Shown in pieces: positions 10,945-21,664 of a stretch of 64,000 nt of DNA. The translations under genes were made by a program, and so were the position numbers. The stretch's first letter is position 1. Each line of letters starts with the position of its first letter. The notes below the pieces were generated by a model that was not told the origin of the DNA, made no database searches, and worked only from the letters and a program-made list of their open reading frames with translations. The stretch is from Takakia lepidozioides (lineage: Eukaryota > Plantae > Bryophyta): NCBI GenBank assembly GCA_030704615.1, contig CM060732.1, forward strand, positions 51,212,001 to 51,276,000, written 5' to 3'.

Positions 10945-13900
10945 TTACTCACATGAAAAGTCGTTGTCGACCTGCTTATCTTCGGGATCGTCATCATTTC
11001 GAATTTGAATCCGATCAGTCTGTGTGCCTGAAGTGGAGCCAGACAAAAGGGGGAGGAGCACGGTGTTGTAGAGGTCAGAATCACCCTCCATGCCAAAAAG
11101 GCTTCTTCCGCCTGCCTTGCATGCGTGGTAAGTTGCTCCTGCACCAGACAGGAGAACATGAACAGTTTGGAGGGGGGGATTTAAGCAAATGAAACTGTTG
11201 AAAGGAAACCAATTCGGAAGGGAAAAAACGAACCTGTGGACACAGAAAGATCGACCACCCGTGCAGAGCGGTGGCTGCATGACTCCAGCAGTATTTGCAT
11301 GAATGCTGGTGACTTTTCCTTTGCACCTCTCCAGGGAGTGCCATCTGGTCTCTTCAGAGTCTGACTGGACTGCATGAAGTTGTACAAAATGTCATCGACA
11401 TGGGGCTCATAGGGGGGGTTGACGAAACAACCCTGGTCAGAAATCTCAAAGCTGCGGATGGAGGATGGTGTCTTTGATGTGCGAATCCTCCGCAGGCAGA
11501 TCGCCTCGAACATCCTCGTCTGGCAAAGATAGCAGGTTAGTGTGGTAAACACAATCTATAGTGGAAGTGTGTACATCGGCTATTCAGAACTCTGACACAA
11601 AAAAATCATGAATCGGTGATGATCGGTGTCGATCATAAAACATTCTACTAGAGTGGAGCTGCAGAGAAAATTGAAACTCATGATCAAAGCACAAGCAGAA
11701 GGGAGACGGCATACCAGCTGACCAGGGAAACCCCCTTTCACAAGGTATAGGCTGTTCACACAATTCCATGTGCGCAAAACTTCAAACCCTGAAGACTTGA
11801 GGTATGATGCCAATGCCCGACGACTATCATTGTCACATGACTGAAAAAGCAGAAGTGTCCTGCATCAGAGAGGAAATTGTTACAGAACCCGAACACCCAA
11901 CTCCAGTAGTTGTCCTCGAATTTGTTCCAGCCTGGCGTCTTGCCCTTTGGAAGAACTTCTGGCACAGCCTGGCCATCCGGGATGTCGAGAATGACAATGT
12001 CGGCCGCATAAGTTTTCTGCACACCGCACACGAAGGTGGGACCTGTGCTCACCTGCAACAGACATGTTTTTTATAAGAACGATGGCAAGATTGTTTTCAA
12101 AGAACGAGACTGAAATACTGCCAACGAAACTTTCAGAGAAAAAGGAAAGAAACTGGAATTCTCACCAGATTGAGGAATGAGATTATATTGTCCCAGGTAG
12201 GGGATGGCACCCCAGTGTATCCTCTCTTTCGACTCTGCATCATCGAAAGCCAACCCTCATTAACAATTTTCATCTCTCCTGCTGAATCAGAACGGGAAGG
12301 GTGTGGCTTGGCATCGAACACGCACTGAAGAGTGCGGGTATATCTTCCAGCAGTAAAGTCCTGCCCACTCTCCATCTCCTTTTCATTCTCCTTCCCCTTG
12401 TCCTTTTTTCTCTTTGGACTTGTCTTTGTCCTTTGGCTTTGCTGGTGAGATGGCTATGACATCAACAGCCTTGTCTTTTGGTTTGCGGCCCGCCTTCTTT
12501 CCCTTCTGCGGCGTTCCCTGAGCATCAGGCTCCTTGGCAGCCAATGTTGCTATGTTTCGTTGATACTCTTCGTCAGTCAAAGGCGCCAGCATCTCAGCGT
12601 TATTGTTCAAGTATTTCATATGCTGTTCTTGAAAGGTCGTGTGCTCAGGTGGGCAGTCAAGGTACCACCCACAGTCTCTGAAGTGAGAAGGACTCCAGTC
12701 CTTCAATATCCCTGCAGTATACATGGTTGGATCGTTTGCAGGGTCCGACCACATGTCAAGATAGTCGGGAATTCCGCTCAGGTGATTTCCTTCCATAAGC
12801 ACATATTTCGTGTACCTGAAAAAGGAGATAAATCCCAACCCACAAAAGCGCTCAGTGAGTAAGATGCAAGTAGAACAGAAAGAATAAAACATAGATTGAA
12901 ATGGCTCTGAGAACTGCTCCAAGGACCTTTCAGGACCACACTACTGCTCCAGATATGAATGTCGTCAACGCCATTCAGAACATTCCATTCAATGACACTG
13001 TAAATACACCCTAATCCAGGTGAATGCAAATTATCGTTTAGAAATGACACAGACATAGAAGTGAATGTCGTCAACGACATTCACTAATGAAGCCAAATTA
13101 TTACTTAAATGAAGCAAAATCACAGGATGGAAATCAAAAAATTGAGTAAGGAACCCTCCAGGCAAACTCAATGCACATTCATAACGAACCTATCACTGAG
13201 GACCTCACAACATCACTGTATGTGAATGGCGTCAACGCCATTCACAAAAATACAAAAAAGAAACCAATTACTTAGCTCCCCAATCCATGTAAATTAAATT
13301 TGTCGCTGTTGAATAATACAGACACAGCTGTGAATGTCGTCAACGACATTCACTTTGGATTTCTTAAAACAGAGCTTATCAAGCCTCCACATTCATCGCA
13401 AGAGGCAAAAACAATGCAGAACAACTGAATGTCTGCATTGACATTCAGCAAAATGAAGTGAGGAACCCTCACTGTAACCTCTATGGACATTACAAAAATT
13501 TAAATAACTTGAGGACCTCTCAACAACTCCGTATGTGAATGTCGTCAACGCCATTCAAGGACATTATCAATTCTAATCAGGGACAATATAATTGCACCCT
13601 TAGATCCTAACCAGGTGAATTCATATACTCGCTTAAGAATGACTCAGACAAAGAAGTGAATGTCGTCAACGACATTCAATCTGGATCTAAGATTGCAATC
13701 CATATGAAGCCACATTTTTTCCCAAAAAAACAGTAGAGTTTCAAGTATGACATTGCACCTGTACACAACTCGCATCATGGCCCACTCTCCTCCAACCTGA
13801 CTGTCAAAGTCGTTGGACCGTAAAATGTTACCATCTTTGGAGAACTCCCGGAAAAAACAGTATCTCCAGGTGAGACCTCTCCACTTCCTTATGTATGCCT

Positions 13901-16246
13901 CCAATGACATTTGGGGAGGGGAAACAATCGCAATGTTCAGGTCCTTCAAAGTCTGATCCAGCACAATGACGGCGCGCTTTTCGAGCTGCAAATAGTATAT
14001 TTGTCAGAATTGCAAAAAAGATACACATCACATACTTGAAGAGAAGAAACAGCATGTTCGAATACACACCTGACTCCAAAATGTAGCCTTGTGGAGCCAG
14101 TTATCAAACACCAAATCACTGATTCCTTCCACCTTTGTGCCAGGCTGTATGGTGCTCTTTGGGAACTGATTCAAGTCCTTTACTGTTTGATCTGAGTTCC
14201 ATATCTCCAGCCACCTTATTTTTGTTTGTGGGTCGACCATCGATATGGCCAGCCGGTGCAATTTCTCCTGCTGCATCTCCGGATGCACATGCTTGTCATA
14301 GTGTGTTTTGATCTGCTGAAGGAACTCAGGACCAAGTCCAGGATCTACTATTCTAAGCTGCTTTCCGAAGGCTGACATCAATTTGGTTCTTCGCATTTCA
14401 AACTCCTTCTTTATTGCAGCTTCCACACCCTTTGATGTCCTTAGTTCTTCTGGTGTAGTGCGGTAATATTCGGATTTTCCCTTCTCAGCTGCCTCTGCCA
14501 GTTCTTGCTGCATTCATTCAAGTAGTGATTAGCTCCGAAGGGACTACAAACATGTATTCGAAAAGTAAACAGATTACAGACTCGGGCTTACCGCATACAT
14601 GTACTCCAGAAACGCCTCTCGTGTCAAAGAATACCAAGTGCCTGCAGCTCTTCCTGTTTCGCACTTCTTGATGATATTGGGTGGTAGTACTGTCCGAAAA
14701 TCATCCAGCTTCATCAGACCAATCCTCTGAATTCGGAATAGTGTGTGAACCAAGCTTGTTGTCACATGCGATTTCTCTGTCGATCTGCAAAAACATTGGA
14801 AACATTGCATTCCTTAACACTGTTTTTTGAGGATTAACAAGACACTACAGAGGGAATGAAATCTCCTGGATGACTTACTTGTTCACGTCGTGCATAGCTG
14901 TAAGAAGCCTAGCGATGTCGTTTCCTGGATCCAAAACCATTGCCTCCACAGCAACATGCTTGTCTTTGTCTTTCGAATGGTGTTTCTGAATGTATCCCAT
15001 CCATGCCAGCAATCGGTGGTTGCCGTCCCAGACGTAGAACATGTGGTTGCAGAATTGCTGGGTGTTCTTTCCCATCATGAGGCCCAGCTCGAACTCCTCA
15101 TTGGCATCTTTCCAGCACTCATCCCAGTTATCACTGATCTCTGGAGACACTAATGTGCTTTTCCCATTTATATCCGTCAGTGACACATAAAAAACTTGTG
15201 CACCAAGTCTATATCCATGCACAAAATCACTCTCCAATTTTGTTATGTCATGGGAAAGAGGTGGACGCACAACAGGCATTGATATCATCCGGCACAGAGG
15301 TATGTCCAGACGCCCTCCAGATACGAGCATGTCCCTTATAACCTCCTGAGAGTTTACCTTCTGGAATGACATGAGTTCTTTCACCTTGTCAAGGTAGTGC
15401 ACTTCGGATTCATCTGCTTCATCTGTATTCTCTGAGCTTTTTGCGGACTCGTCCCCATCTCCAGATCCTTTCCCCTCTGATCCTGTAGGCTTCGACCTCA
15501 CAGTTTTCTGCACGATGCCATTCAGTTCTGACTGAGTGATTTGCAAATAGTGAATGGCGGTAACGACCATCACTCTGTATCAAGGAAACTCACCATGAAT
15601 GGTGTGAAAGAATTCAGCACAATCTACACATGCAAAGCGAGACTGCCGTATTCAAAACAAAAGCGAGAGCGATAGCGAACGGCGTTAACGACAATCACAA
15701 AAGATAACGACCTGCCGGATCGGTGTTGTGTAATGACATACATGTGCAACTGATTGGCGGCAACGACATTCAGTGTAGTTTAGGGAGAATAGTAAGTGCA
15801 GACTCTCTCTTCAAACACATAGGTACATAAATCTCATGAGGAGAATCGAATGGCGTTAACGACGCTCGCAATTCAGTAGTTCCTGCTAAAGAAGGGAAGA
15901 GGAAGGACTCCTTGAAAGGCAATCAGACAGACTATATGATAAAACTTACTGGCACCTTCTTAGGTTTTGAAATTTGATCCCCTTCTGCAGCTTTCCTCTT
16001 CCCTCTCACATCTGCTGGAGTTTCTGTCTGCGCAAGGGTTTCTTGACCTTCTCCAGGTTCGGCGTTCCGCGTGCTTCCACCTTCTTCAGTGTCCCTGCGA
16101 ATCATCTCTGCCTCCACAGGCTGGCGCACTCTTATCGCCGACTGTGTCGCAGCCGCTGCCTCAGTCTCCGTCTGCTCTTGTGAATCAGTCTCCGCGTTCA
16201 CCTGCTGCCTTGGCCCTGTGTTCTCCAACAAACGACGCCTCGTCAT
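10945..16246 (-). CDS. Transposon accessory gene: ParB/Srx-like domain plus C-terminal beta-class N4C/N6A DNA methyltransferase-like domain; 9 predicted exons, about 1,090 aa, three 1-bp indels in this copy
   Basis: Predicted exons: 16246-15950, 15531-14879, 14784-14592, 14507-14070, 13985-13759, 12815-12166, 12042-11715, 11519-11234, 11138-10945. All introns are GT-AG and phases are consistent once indels near 12405, 12254 and 11858 are corrected. ParB-like motifs: IPLCRM..RP..KLESDF..G..FYVWDGNHRLLAW. MTase-like motifs in beta order: ADIVILDIPDG (IV), LSDAG(A)LLLF (VI), EKSPAFMQILLESCS (X), VVDLSVSTG-ATYHAC..GRSLFGMEGD (I-II). Confidence 0.8.
12955..13679. repeat. Array of seven 24-bp palindromes in intron 5 of the accessory gene
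   Basis: Copies start at 12955, 13061, 13222, 13330, 13425, 13535 and 13656. Consensus GTGAATGKCGT-CA-ACGMCATTCAC. Confidence 0.92.
15550..15869. repeat. Second, more degenerate cluster of the same 24-bp palindrome in intron 1 of the accessory gene
   Basis: Copies at 15550 (GTGAATGGCGGTAACGACCATCAC), about 15595, 15675, 15750 (CTGATTGGCGGCAACGACATTCAG) and 15846. Confidence 0.75.
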
Positions 16247-17100
16247 TTTCTCTCTTGCTCTGCGTCTCTCTCTAAGGGAAGTAAAATAAAGAGACTTTCT
16301 TCTCTTTCGTATTCTAGAAGGAACCCTCTCCAGCTTGACTACCACTCTCCCTCTAAGCGCGAAAAGTAGAAAAACGCAGTGACTCCCGATTTCTTGCGGG
16401 ATTGCCTGCGTTCTTGCGTGTCTCTAGAAGCATCGGATTCCCTCCCGCGTGACCGTTACACATAGTCGTTCCCTTATTAGTGCACATGCCAGCAATTGGT
16501 GTACAGCTGTTCGTATTCAGTTATGGATGTCTGACGTGTGCCGCCCAAAAAAAACGGCGTGTTCTTTATTAGAACGGGTTCAATATTTAAAAAGAACAGC
16601 GAATCCCAGAAATTGATGCGCAGTCTTAAACAAATAAATATAAATGAACGAGAGTTTGATGACAAATTTTGGAATATCATACACGGTCATCCTTGTTAGC
16701 CAAACCCCACATTCGTTTCACATTTGGAACTTTCCAGGTGCGCATGATCATTGGTAGTAGTATATAGATACATTTACTTAATCTGCAATCCCATTCTCAG
16801 ATCCTGTGGCATGCTTCCAGGAAGTCGGCTTTGTTATTGGGTTTATTGATGAGGTTCTGATTAACGGTTTAACAGTTGCCGACACTGCCCCTAGGGATAC
16901 TCTGACCACTGGGCCCACAAGAAAAGTAATTAAAATGGACGGCTGCATATCTGGAAAGAATAACATAATATGCACAGTCGTTATCTGAGCTTCCTCCGCC
17001 ATATTCTCTGCTCATTCTTCAACTGTGTTCTGGAGACAGCAGTAAACCGATTTACACTAGATCTGCGATAGCAAGGTACAAACATACTCGAGGAAGGAAG
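16247..17100. promoter_or_regulatory. Putative bidirectional promoter region between the head-to-head accessory gene and transposase
   Basis: 854-bp gap between the predicted ATGs at 16246 (-) and 17101 (+). Inferred from gene orientation only. Confidence 0.45.
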
Positions 17101-20100
17101 ATGGCTTCCTCTGAAGCGGAGTTCTTCTCAGACGACAAACCAGTGCCGTTCTCCCAGGAAGTCCTTGACAATGGATTTGCAATTGTTCTGGAACATGTCT
17201 TGGCTACCCGTTTTCAGCTGCAGAATGGCTCCATCTTTTTGGAGAAAGAGGTTTACGATCTGAAAGGGAAGTTGGTGAAATATTCTTTCCAAAACCGTGA
17301 TGAGACGGCTCATATCAGCCAGTGGAGAGTGCGTCCTGGTCGATACAGAGTACTTGGAGAGCCTCGGCGAAAGTCCCTTGGGTCATATGTGACGCCCGGG
17401 ACTGCTGCTTCGGTCGTTGAAGACAAGAGGGAGGTGGTGGTGAAAAAAGAACAGACTTCCTCCACTCCAATCGTTGAGCTTTCGGATTCTTCCGATGATG
17501 ACATAAGTGAAATTCCAAATCCAGTCCTTCCTACTGTGGTTGCAGAAGCTGATGAAGAAGAGATTTGTAGTGTCATTCCAAAATTGCGGGCGATGGGAGG
17601 AATGGCTGGATTCAAAAGTGAGTTGCGGGGAATTGATTGGGAATCTTTGAAGCAGGTGCCTGTGAAGTTCTTGCCGGAGACTTTTGATGGCGATATCCTA
17701 TTCGAGCTGCCTCCTCCTCCGCGAGTTGGAGGTGTAACAATCATGATGCATGGAATGGACAAGAAACACGACGGGCACCCGTGGTGCAGAACAAAAACAT
17801 CCAATATTCAGAATGATGACAAGCTTGTTTTCAGGAGGACAGTTTGCAATGGACACCTTAGGTGTGATAATTTGAATTGCAGACACTTTCTTCAGTCTGG
17901 GTTCATAATCAAAGCGAATGGGAGGGTCTGGCGGAAAATCCATTTCAGCCTGGGACTGCCCCTCCACCGGCAAACACTTTCGTCTGCAAATTCTGCAAAC
18001 TTGTGCCATCCTGTTTGGCGCTCTGCGGAGCAAGAATGTACTATGTTGTCCACCGTTTGAATACAATGACGAGAGCTTGTGTGCATTTTGGATTCCATAA
18101 CCATCCTGTCTCGAAGGGGGATTACAGGGAGAGTGTTGAGACAGTATCGAGGTTGATCAAACAGGAGTTCGGGAGAAACCCATCCGCAACAACATCTGCA
18201 ATTGCTCTTGGCGCAAGCAAGTCCTTCTTGGAAAGCCATATTTTGAGTGAAGGAGATTCTGTGGGGACTAAACTTGACGGTGCAGCATTGGACCTGGTCA
18301 TGGATCATTTCTCCACTTTAAGTTCACCTAACATTCGGCATCAGATCAATGCATTGAGAATGGGCTCTGGGATCAGAGGCTACATAGACAATATTTTGGA
18401 ATTGAAACGAGTGAGCAAGTACGATTACATCCAGGACAATGTATTCCCAGGTCAAGGTGCCATCAAAGTTTTTCTTTTCAAAATGTCGACTGTTGGGGAG
18501 GGCAGTGGGGTTAGCCTCGTGAAGCGGATGCAGAAGACTGGGGACTTGCAGAACTGTTTTCTTATGTTTGATCATGTGAAACGAGTGAAGGATTGGACGA
18601 CAATGGCTTGTCATGTCTACGATCCAGTGTACCAACGAGTTATGACAATTGCAGTTTGTGACATGCAATCCGAGGATACGGAATCCCAGAAGCTCATGTG
18701 GAATTCCCTGATACGTGTCATGGGCTGCCATGGGCTGCCATCTCCAAATTTCGCAGGTTTCATGGCGGATAGTGCTCAAGCAAATTTCAATGCTGTTCGT
18801 ATTGTCTTCGGATCGGGCGACCCAAAAGTGCCTATGCCAGGAAGAGAGCGTACATGTCTATTCCATTGGACACAATCTCTGGAAAAACATACAAAGTCGG
18901 ACATCAAACCAGAGATGCAGACTCAGCACCGTAAATTGTGCAAAGAGTACAAAGATGCTAGAACAATGAAGGAGGCGGACACTTTGTTCCAGACAATTCG
19001 TGCCTGGTGGTTCTCTTCTGGAGCTGCATCACTTGAGAGTATGAGAGCATTGGAAGATTGGCTGGCGTTTTGGCACTTCCGGTATAGACAGTGGGGAGCA
19101 GCCATGACAATGGTACGAGGCTTCTATTTCATGCTTTATTCATACATTTGCTTTCCATATTTTTGACTCATTGCTTTCTTTATGTTGTTTCCTGTGCACT
19201 ATTCTGAAGTGTGGTTATCCTCTTTGCAGAACATGTCCATTGAGGAAATGGCGGACATGCCATCTTGCAATTTGGCAGAAACTGTGCACAATGCATGGTT
19301 GCAGCAGTCTGGGAAACGAGGTCGGGATTTGTATGTGGCAACAACAGATGATTTGATACGTGCCTTGCAACAACAAACCCGATACCGTGATTTCTTACGA
19401 GGTGGGGTTGGTGGCAAGGGTCCGGACAAATGGGAGTTGATGTTGCGTGCTGCAAACAGATCTGGGGATCCAATCAAGATAGCACGGGCGGTGAGCATGT
19501 ATGCCCAGGAAACGCCACTTGTTTCTAGAGTTCCACATCTTGAAGGGGAGGAGAGATTCGGCTCCTGTAAGAGGAAATTGAACACTCCACCTGGTTCGGA
19601 TTCAGATTCCCACAGGGCAGACCGTGATAACTTCTCGAAGCCTCGTGTTCCCCTGCATGACAGCTCCATGTCCGGAACCTCCATTGTGGAGGAACCTCCA
19701 ACACGACGGCAAGCTCCAGCATCAAACCGTGCCACTGAAATGGTGCAGGAGAGAAACAACCCCCTTGATGTGCTTGAGTCCGCATGCCCCGACCACGTTT
19801 GGCACATAGAACGCACAAGTGTCGGGTCTCGTGTGAAATGTACAGCGATCAGGGCAACTAATTTCGAGAAGTGCACTTCATCTATATCCAGAGGTGGTGC
19901 CCGAACTCCTGCTCCGACTTTCACGGGCTTGATGCGTCCATACGGTCAACCAGAAGCCAAGAACCACAAGTTCTGGTTCTGCGCAGATGATTGTGCCAGA
20001 TGTGTGCATGGAACTGTGCGTCCTTCCGTAGTGATGAAGCCATCTCCTCCAACCGTTTGGCCCGTGAAGGTGGGAACACATCTCAGCTTTCAGGAGATTG

Positions 20101-20615
20101 AAATGCTGGAGGAGGCAGGTTTTTCCCTTGCGAGACAACCCCAACTCCATGCATGTGCTACTACTTCTGCGTCCTCCCGGGTCCCCCCGGCAAATCCTGA
20201 CTTGTGGCCAACCAAACGAGATGGAAAGCTCGTTCGGCGTTTCCCTCCAACCGCTGAACACTTTGGCAAAGTGGAGTCCGCAAGAATGCTCCAAGCTCGT
20301 GTCGGAAGCACCACGGAAGTACCCGATCCAGGATATGGTCGGGTATTCACAATCATCACTTCCACATCTGCTGTTCATGACAGGACCTACGACATCACGG
20401 TTTCCAATTTCCCCAATTGCACATGTCCTGATTTTGTGAATATGCTATCAACCAGTTTGGGCAAGAGAGGTAAATTCATACCCTGCAAACATTTGTATTT
20501 CATATTTTTGAGGAGGATGGTTTGCGATCCCAAACGTGACAACTTCATTCACCAGGCCACTATGAGTTTCAACGAGGTCGATACTCTTTTGCAGCGGGAT
20601 ACAACACATGGGTAG
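17101..20615 (+). CDS. MULE-family transposase (GCM/WRKY-like Zn domain, DDE core, SWIM finger); exons 17101-19112 and 19230-20615, about 1,130 aa; 1-bp frameshift near 17900
   Basis: N-terminal DGHPWCRTKTSN...CNGHLRCDNLNC...CGARMY...HFGFHNHP. Catalytic candidates LMFD, FMAD and NLAE, with the CLFH (CxxH) motif. C-terminal YDITVSNFPNCTCPDF...CKHLYFI (SWIM). In-frame GT-AG intron 19113-19229. Adding one G at TCTGGGTTC joins LQSG to VHNQSEWEG. Confidence 0.9.
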
Positions 20616-21066
20616 CATGAACTATGTAATGTGGTATGTGGATGACCATGATTTGAAATGTGTAATTCACATCAATTCGTCGGCTGTGCAATGATATGGC
20701 CTCCAACTATACGGAGTGAGCTCTGAGTGACAACTTTTAGGTAGTGCACATTTGTCATTGCACCGTTCGAAGTCTACATGTCTTGCTGTCGCTATGCACT
20801 ACAATCATCTTTTGAAGATGATCATAACTCTCATTGTTATTTGAGGAGGGAGGAAGTCTTCTCGTGGCAGCCTTTATGGCGCACACTTTGTGAGGATATT
20901 TTGTCGTCTTCGTAATTGTAAAAGTGAAACAAGCATTTGTAATTGCACAATGTTGGATGCTGCAATTGTAGGCCTCAACGCTCGTCTTGATTCTATTTAG
21001 GCAAGATTCCCTGCATTAATTCCACGGTCATAGGACCATCCACGGTTATAGGCGGCGCATGTTAAT

Positions 21067-21233
21067 GCTGACGTGGCAGTTGACGGACAGTGCCACGTCA
21101 TCATTTACCGCCACATCAGCATGCTGACATGACGCTCACGCCACGTCAGCGTGTGTGCAGGCTCACGCCACGTCAGCTGGCGTGAGCGTACGCTCGCGCG
21201 CTCACGTGCAACGCTCACGCCATTGCGTCGTTG
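21067..21233 (-). repeat. Right TIR and subterminal GCCACGTCA / CTCACGCC cluster of the MULE
   Basis: GCTGACGTGGC, TGCCACGTCA and two copies of CTCACGCCACGTCAGC precede the TIR. Confidence 0.75.
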
Positions 21234-21664
21234 TTTCCAGAGCTCCCAGGCTTGCACATGCATTACAAACAAATGTGATGTGGTTGGGCTTCACCCCTTC
21301 GCGCAGTAGTTGTTCATAGGTCTCCAAGTATTCCTACCACACCCATGTTAAATCCTGCCAACATTATATTCAACGTGATCAAAGTTCGTTGAGGCATTCC
21401 GTTGAACACTCGATGTGCATTCATGATGCTCCTGCACTTAACATACATGTTCACAAGGGGGTTGAGGAGAAAAACACTTGGTGTGAATCCACTTTGGATA
21501 ATGTGACTGAAATGCTCCTTGGTTTAAATGTTGTAGAGCCTCTTTCAATTTGCCTGCCTCACAAAGCATCTTCACATGCCCAGAAGAGCAAGAAGAGGCA
21601 TTATGGACTCCCTCTCTTGATCCTCTTTTAGAAGCTGTGGTATGGTTGAGGTGCCTGATTTAAA

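Larger units (their letters stand above)
9867..21233. mobile_element. Mutator-like DNA transposon (MULE), 11,367 bp, with two divergent genes
   Basis: Perfect 9-bp TSD TTTCCAGAG at 9858-9866 and 21234-21242. Imperfect TIRs of about 37 bp: left CAAGGATGCCTCGGCGTGAGCCTGGTCACGTGAGCGC, right (reverse complement) CAACGACGCAATGGCGTGAGCGTTGCACGTGAGCGC. Encodes a MULE-type DDE transposase with a SWIM finger. Confidence 0.92.

Noticed and set aside
12955-13679. CRISPR array interpretation of the spaced palindromes
   Set aside because: Spacers are long and variable (about 70-140 bp) and partly homologous to each other. There are no cas genes, and the array lies in a spliceosomal intron of a eukaryotic transposon.
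17890-17910. Programmed -1 ribosomal frameshift in the transposase
   Set aside because: No canonical X XXY YYZ slippery heptamer. Similar 1-bp indels occur elsewhere in the element, so mutation or sequencing error is the simpler explanation.
19199-19924. 241-aa antisense ORF and other long antisense ORFs over the transposase and mTERF genes
   Set aside because: Shadow frames of real coding sequence with no recognisable motifs.
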